A stretch of DNA of 64,000 nt, from the IMG/VR virus record IMGVR_UViG_3300032579_000010, positions 31,016 through 95,015 of that record; one strand, 5' to 3'. Below are positions 59,817 to 64,000 of the stretch, piece after piece. A program made the position numbers and the translations under genes. The DNA is from a virus. Under the pieces are notes generated by a model. It did not search any database, was not told the DNA's origin, and worked only from the letters and a program-made list of their open reading frames with translations. Position 1 is the stretch's first letter, and every line of letters starts with the position of its first letter.

Positions 59817-60040
59817 TACCTGTCTCCAAGGCAGATAGAGCAAAAGGCGCAATAACGCAGTGCTTGTGCCTCACTAAATCCAGCCTCGACCAGCGCCTCG
59901 AAGGTTTCACGCATTTCTATGAAATACATCACCATGTAGTCGTAGTCCTCTGGTTCAAAAAGTTCGTCGTGAGGCTTAGTGATGTCACGGTCAAAATCGT
60001 CTAAGCCACGCTCGAAGTCGTCGGAGAAAGGGGAGTCCAC
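59816..60040 (-). CDS. Hypothetical acidic protein
   Basis: FEALVEAGFSEAQAL motif; coupled to whiB. Confidence 0.6.
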   Translation of the reverse strand: MDSPFSDDFERGLDDFDRDITKPHDELFEPEDYDYMVMYFIEMRETFEALVEAGFSEAQALRYCAFCSICLGDR

Positions 60041-60111
60041 GGACTTATAGGGTACTAGAGCAAACTACACTGTTGTAGTTTGTGGTTACTTCTGGTAGTA
60101 GTAGCCAGAAA

Positions 60112-60166
60112 GCACAGAAACCGCCCAAGTTGCTATTTCAGGGAAGCAACTCGGACGGTTTCGGTG
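60112..60166 (-). terminator. Long imperfect hairpin, putative terminator after ssb
   Basis: GAAACCG/CGGTTTC and AGTTGCT/AGCAACT nested stems, T-rich tail on the minus strand. Confidence 0.55.
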
Positions 60167-60207
60167 TTACGTTGCCGACCTTAAAGGTTCAGCACGATTT
60201 TGTTTGC

Positions 60208-60669
60208 CTAGAAAGGCTCTTCTTCGGTGAGAAGGGACTGCTTGGGCGCTGGGCGCTGGTACGAGCCGTTGTCGTCGTAGTCGCTGTTGCCCTTGTACTC
60301 AGTCTTGGTTACTGCCAAGGTTGCGTACTTCAGGGTGGCGCCGATTTCGTCAGCAACGAGTTCAACCTTCGAGACGTTCTTGCCCGTCAGGTTGCCGTTC
60401 TCGTCCTTAGCCTCGTAAGTGCGCTGTTGGAGTGAGCCAGTCACGATTACTCGTGCGCCCTTGGTCAGCGAAGAAGCAAAGTTCTCAGCGTTCTCCTTGA
60501 ACGTTACACAGTCGAAGTAAGAAGTTTCCTTCTCCCACTCGCCAGTGGTCTTGTTCTTTTTGTTCTTGTTTACTGCTACGGAAAATGACAACATCGCTAC
60601 TCCGCCTTGGCTGAAGCGCAACTCAGGGTCACGAGTGATGTTTCCGATAATGGTTACTGCTGTAGACAT
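60208..60669 (-). CDS. ssb: Single-stranded DNA-binding protein
   Basis: TIIGNITRDPELRF...KGARVIVTGSLQQRTYE...EEPF tail. Confidence 0.95.
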   Translation of the reverse strand: MSTAVTIIGNITRDPELRFSQGGVAMLSFSVAVNKNKKNKTTGEWEKETSYFDCVTFKENAENFASSLTKGARVIVTGSLQQRTYEAKDENGNLTGKNVSKVELVADEIGATLKYATLAVTKTEYKGNSDYDDNGSYQRPAPKQSLLTEEEPF

Positions 60670-60697
60670 TTCTGTCCTGCTTTCTATTGGTCAGTTG

Positions 60698-60973
60698 TTA
60701 CTGATTGTGTTTTGGGTACTGCTTTAGTTCGTCGTTGCTTTTAAGCACCGAACGCACTGCTTTTATCGTATCAAGGTGACGTGCGACTTGTCTACTCTTT
60801 TCTTGAGCAATCATTCGACGTACATCTAACAACGACAAACCAGTCAAATCACAAATCCAATCAACCGCCTGATTAAGCATTTTTAGGCGCAGTTCATCTA
60901 AGACTTGGGACGAACGAAGCCCCTCTTCAAGGGCGATTAAACGCATTTGTTCTTTGGTGATTATTTCGTTCAT
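60698..60973 (-). CDS. Hypothetical protein
   Basis: GAGG RBS. Confidence 0.55.
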   Translation of the reverse strand: MNEIITKEQMRLIALEEGLRSSQVLDELRLKMLNQAVDWICDLTGLSLLDVRRMIAQEKSRQVARHLDTIKAVRSVLKSNDELKQYPKHNQ

Positions 60974-61032
60974 AGCCTTAGATACCTCTCGGTTATCCTT
61001 AGGCTACACGACGTTTCTTTTACAACTAGGGT

Positions 61033-61230
61033 TTATGGTAGTTGTAGGACTGGTAGTGGTGTGCTGTACAACTCAGGGTGGCATAGCGGACACTTTTCCC
61101 AGCAGTCTTCTCCTATCTCCCAACACGCCTCTATGAGGTGAGGGTCACGGTAAGCGATGGAACACCGCTGACATTTCCGACCCAATGCGTTGAGCGTTGT
61201 TTTGGTGACGCTTTGTTTGTATTTGGACAT
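61033..61230 (-). CDS. Small Cys-rich hypothetical protein
   Basis: CQRC...C...C..CPLCHP. Confidence 0.55.
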   Translation of the reverse strand: MSKYKQSVTKTTLNALGRKCQRCSIAYRDPHLIEACWEIGEDCWEKCPLCHPELYSTPLPVLQLP

Positions 61231-61580
61231 TACGGATTGTTGCGTTGTGAGGCGGCGAGGGTGCGCAGTGCCTCAATCTGCGACTGCTTTACACGGATTG
61301 CCTCACGCAAGGTAGTTAGACGGTTGGAGGTAATCAGGTGATTGTACCTATCGTCCTCTGTGGCGACGGTAGCCAAGTCCTCGGCGGTATCTACGGTGAC
61401 CCTAGAACCTGCCTCTTGACCCTCGGCACGAGCCTTGAGTCGCTCCTTGGCAAAGTTCACCTTGAAGTCTGCTTCGCTCTTGGCGCTCTCGTATGAGGCA
61501 ACACCAAGTTGCTCACTTAGTGAGGAAAGTTCCTCAATGGCGCTCTCGATTGCCTCTTGTATCTCGAACGGTGTGAGCAC
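61230..61580 (-). CDS. Helical protein, possibly UvsY-like recombination mediator
   Basis: All-helical; RVTVD..E...IEALRTL.AS.R pattern; near ssb. Confidence 0.45.
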   Translation of the reverse strand: MLTPFEIQEAIESAIEELSSLSEQLGVASYESAKSEADFKVNFAKERLKARAEGQEAGSRVTVDTAEDLATVATEDDRYNHLITSNRLTTLREAIRVKQSQIEALRTLAASQRNNP

Positions 61581-61912
61581 TACTTGTCCTTCCTAATCAG
61601 CGTTGTTTCAAGCGCTTCCTCAATGTACTCGTGTGTGGCACGGATAGCCAGTTCTATGACCATTTCGTCGGTCATTCCCTCTAGCGCCTGAATCTCGGTC
61701 TGCCCCCACGGAACGCCCTCGTCGGCGCTCATTTCGATAGCCCAGAACTTCCTGCCTGATACTTTGGCTGTGCCACAAAGGACGCTGGTGTACCACTCTT
61801 CGGTAGTGCCGTCAGGCAGTTCGACCTGTGAGTAGAAGGAGCCAGTAATGCGTCCGTCAAAGTAGTGCCAGTCGGCACTGCTCATACGGAACTCAACGGT
61901 GCCTAAAGCCAT
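61580..61912 (-). CDS. Hypothetical protein
   Basis: Likely start MALGTV at 61912, coupled to upstream stop. Confidence 0.55.
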   Translation of the reverse strand: MALGTVEFRMSSADWHYFDGRITGSFYSQVELPDGTTEEWYTSVLCGTAKVSGRKFWAIEMSADEGVPWGQTEIQALEGMTDEMVIELAIRATHEYIEEALETTLIRKDK

Positions 61913-62535
61913 TACGCCACCCCCAAGCGACGAGCGCAGGTAGGTCCAAGACCACGGTGAAGCGAGGTTGGAACGGTGAGCGTGTGGTGGCAAGCAAGGC
62001 ACTTGCCCGAAGCCATTGCGTGAGCCTCAGCGAGGTTCAGAAACTGCTCACGAGCCTCGTCGAGCGAGCCAGTGAGAAGGAACTGAGCCGAAGCGATAAC
62101 ACGCTGGCTGACCTGAGCCGAAGCCCACTTCTTGATACCGCTGGTGGTGACCCAACCGAAGTTCTTGTAGGAACGCTCGTTGTCTGCGCCAACCAGAACG
62201 GCGATAGTGGTCTTGCCGTCAGCCCACGCTGGCGAGTCAACCTTGAAGGTGACCCAACCGTCACCGTCAGCGACGGTGTAGATACCAACAGGGATTTGAC
62301 GGACAGGTGCGTCAAAGGTGATTGTCTCAGCGACAGGCGCTGGGGCAACTGAGGTGTTGCGCTTGTAGGGCAAGTCCTTCAGAATCGAAATGAAGTGGCT
62401 TGCGGTGGCAACGTCGAGGATTGAGTTCTCGACCTCGTTAGCAAGGTTGGGTGATACAACTCGCTTGACGAGCAAGTCCTTGAGGAAGGACACTTGGCGC
62501 TCGGTGGCGCTGGTGATGTTTAGTGTTGCGGTCAT
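61912..62535 (-). CDS. Hypothetical protein with C-terminal DUF6011-like Zn finger
   Basis: ATERQVSFLKDL N-terminus; CLACHHTLTVPTSLHRGLGPTCA. Confidence 0.7.
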   Translation of the reverse strand: MTATLNITSATERQVSFLKDLLVKRVVSPNLANEVENSILDVATASHFISILKDLPYKRNTSVAPAPVAETITFDAPVRQIPVGIYTVADGDGWVTFKVDSPAWADGKTTIAVLVGADNERSYKNFGWVTTSGIKKWASAQVSQRVIASAQFLLTGSLDEAREQFLNLAEAHAMASGKCLACHHTLTVPTSLHRGLGPTCARRLGVA

Positions 62536-62586
62536 TTGCTTCTCCTTGGTCAGTTATTGCTACCTAAATACTATACCACAGTCTAG

Positions 62587-62736
62587 TTACACAAGTGCTG
62601 ATAGTTGTGATAGCAAGTCAGAATCTACCTTTTGACCGCAATCGGCACAATGTAGGTTTTCCCAATACTTGACACCGCAGTAACAGCGCACAATGCCCTC
62701 TAAATCCTCGTCTTGAACACTCCAAAGGTTGCTCAT
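62587..62736 (-). CDS. 49 aa Zn-ribbon microprotein (below cutoff)
   Basis: MSNLWS...RCYCGVKYWENLHCADCG; ATGA overlap. Confidence 0.55.
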   Translation of the reverse strand: MSNLWSVQDEDLEGIVRCYCGVKYWENLHCADCGQKVDSDLLSQLSALV

Positions 62737-63251
62737 AGTGAACCTACCAACTGGCGAGCAGGACGGCTCTCATCAACGGTAGGTGCGTCCTTGAGGACAA
62801 TGCTGAGGTCGTAGCGTGGGAAGTCCACGATTTCGCCGTTTGGCAACTCAAAGGTGAAGTTAATGCCACGCAAGTCTCGCTTGCTGTATCCGTCCATCTT
62901 CAGGATAAAACCGGGCGAGCAAGGGCAGGTACGGCAACCAGCGTTCTGCGAAGCGGTCATTGTGAAGTTGTTGAAGGGAAGGTTCAACTTCTTAATGATG
63001 TTCATTGCGCCCTTGCGGTACACGTCCATTGGACGACGAGTGCGGTTTGCCAAGTCCTCAATGAGCGACTCGCAGTTGCGGTCTGAGCCGACGAACAGAC
63101 GAGGGCGAGCGTAGAACTCGTGGTCAAAGCGACCACTGCGGTAGTCCTCAAAACGCTTTTCGACTCGCAGGGTGCCTTGTGCTGTCTCGAACTCGACAGA
63201 TGAAATCGTGCCATTTGCGAGGCGATTTACTTTGGAAGGGTTAATAATCAT
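62733..63251 (-). CDS. Hypothetical early protein
   Basis: AGGAGA RBS, promoter-like TTGCTT/TAGAGT upstream; SQNAGCRTCPCSPGFIL motif. Confidence 0.65.
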   Translation of the reverse strand: MIINPSKVNRLANGTISSVEFETAQGTLRVEKRFEDYRSGRFDHEFYARPRLFVGSDRNCESLIEDLANRTRRPMDVYRKGAMNIIKKLNLPFNNFTMTASQNAGCRTCPCSPGFILKMDGYSKRDLRGINFTFELPNGEIVDFPRYDLSIVLKDAPTVDESRPARQLVGSL

Positions 63252-63367
63252 TTGCTATCTCCTAGTCAGGTAACTACTACATAAATAACTCTAGCACCCT
63301 CTAGTGACAAAAAGCAAGTATTTCCCAGATTTTTTCTAAAACCCTTTATTTACAAGGAAAAATGAAC

Positions 63368-63751
63368 CTAGTGGTTTTCGTTATTGCCGTGGTGAAGGTC
63401 TACTTCGTCCTCCAACTCAGCCAACGCCTCGTGCGCAAGGTTGAGTGCCGACTCTGCCTCGGCAAGACGGTTTTTCATTTCTACGTCTCCGTGGTCGGTA
63501 ACGAATCGCTCGCCAATCTTCACCCCGATAACGGCACCAAGGAAGTTGCCAGCAAGAAGGGCGACTAGTTCGATTGGGTGGGTGTCAAGGGCATACTTGG
63601 CGGCGTAAATCCAAAACAGGGCGTAGAGAGCCTCAAAGAAACCTGAGGCAACAGCACGGTTGCGTGATTCTGACTGAACCATCAACGTCGAAGCAATGTT
63701 CGACAGAACGAAACAGACGAAGGTGATTCCTGCGATTTGCCACATAGTCAT
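63368..63751 (-). CDS. Membrane protein with three predicted TM segments
   Basis: Hydrophobic segments, GNFLGAVIG, coiled-coil tail. Confidence 0.6.
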   Translation of the reverse strand: MTMWQIAGITFVCFVLSNIASTLMVQSESRNRAVASGFFEALYALFWIYAAKYALDTHPIELVALLAGNFLGAVIGVKIGERFVTDHGDVEMKNRLAEAESALNLAHEALAELEDEVDLHHGNNENH

Positions 63752-63761
63752 TTCTATCCCC

Positions 63762-64000
63762 TTAGATAATCAAGTTATGAACGTACTTCAAGCCTTCATA
63801 GTCTGACGACGAGGCAACATGGATACCGCCGTGACCACGGTGATGGAAGCGACAAAGAACGAGAAGGTTCTCGGCGCTGTTCACCCAAGCACCCAACTTG
63901 TCGGGGTCGTCAATGCCGGGGTATTCGGAGGCGAGCCACTTCAGGTCAACGGCGTTCATAAGGGCGAACTCAATGTGAGCGTGGTGAAGTTCGAGTGGGT
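63762..64000 (-). CDS. HNH-like protein, C-terminal part (enters from window edge)
   Basis: ELHHAHIEF...NLLVLCRFHHRG..GIH. Confidence 0.6.
   Translation of the reverse strand, partial: PLELHHAHIEFALMNAVDLKWLASEYPGIDDPDKLGAWVNSAENLLVLCRFHHRGHGGIHVASSSDYEGLKYVHNLII

Noticed and set aside
1-64000. Stop-codon reassignment or integrated prophage boundary
   Set aside because: Genes tile densely under the standard code; no integrase, att site or host housekeeping block is visible

Overview
A 64 kb segment of a large, probably lytic-style siphovirus (tailed dsDNA phage) infecting an actinobacterium. The host call rests on WhiB, an Rpf-like transglycosylase and an actinobacterial-type SSB; the moderate GC suggests a freshwater Actinomycetota/Acidimicrobiia-like host (inference). 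Essentially all genes are on the minus strand. In transcription order: HNH-like and small early genes, SSB, WhiB, portal, XkdF-type prohead protease, a ~9 kb array of head-associated 'cargo' genes, Rpf-like gene, DNA methylase, peptide deformylase, LexA-like HTH protein, RecB-like nuclease, scaffold, decoration protein, major capsid, ~25 kb of giant Gly-X-Gln collagen fibres with tip proteins and a glycosyltransferase, an eight-gene oxygenase/DUF6065-like cluster, neck genes, two paralogous tail tube genes, a frameshifted tail assembly chaperone and the start of the tape measure gene. No terminase, integrase, tRNA or CRISPR array is visible. The most unusual observations are: (1) a shared K|GDVxGHxFHGNQW tag in 9 copies across 8 adjacent head genes carrying unrelated payloads, with scars of cassette insertion; (2) an extensin-like Pro-rich fibre-tip protein ending in RGG fused to a Hint domain, directly upstream of the oxygenase cluster; (3) a candidate plus-strand sRNA perfectly antisense to the RBS/start of a leader ORF coupled to the Rpf-like gene; (4) a protease whose last conserved strand sits on the scaffold gene 14 kb away. 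All family calls are from motif recognition by eye, with no database searches.
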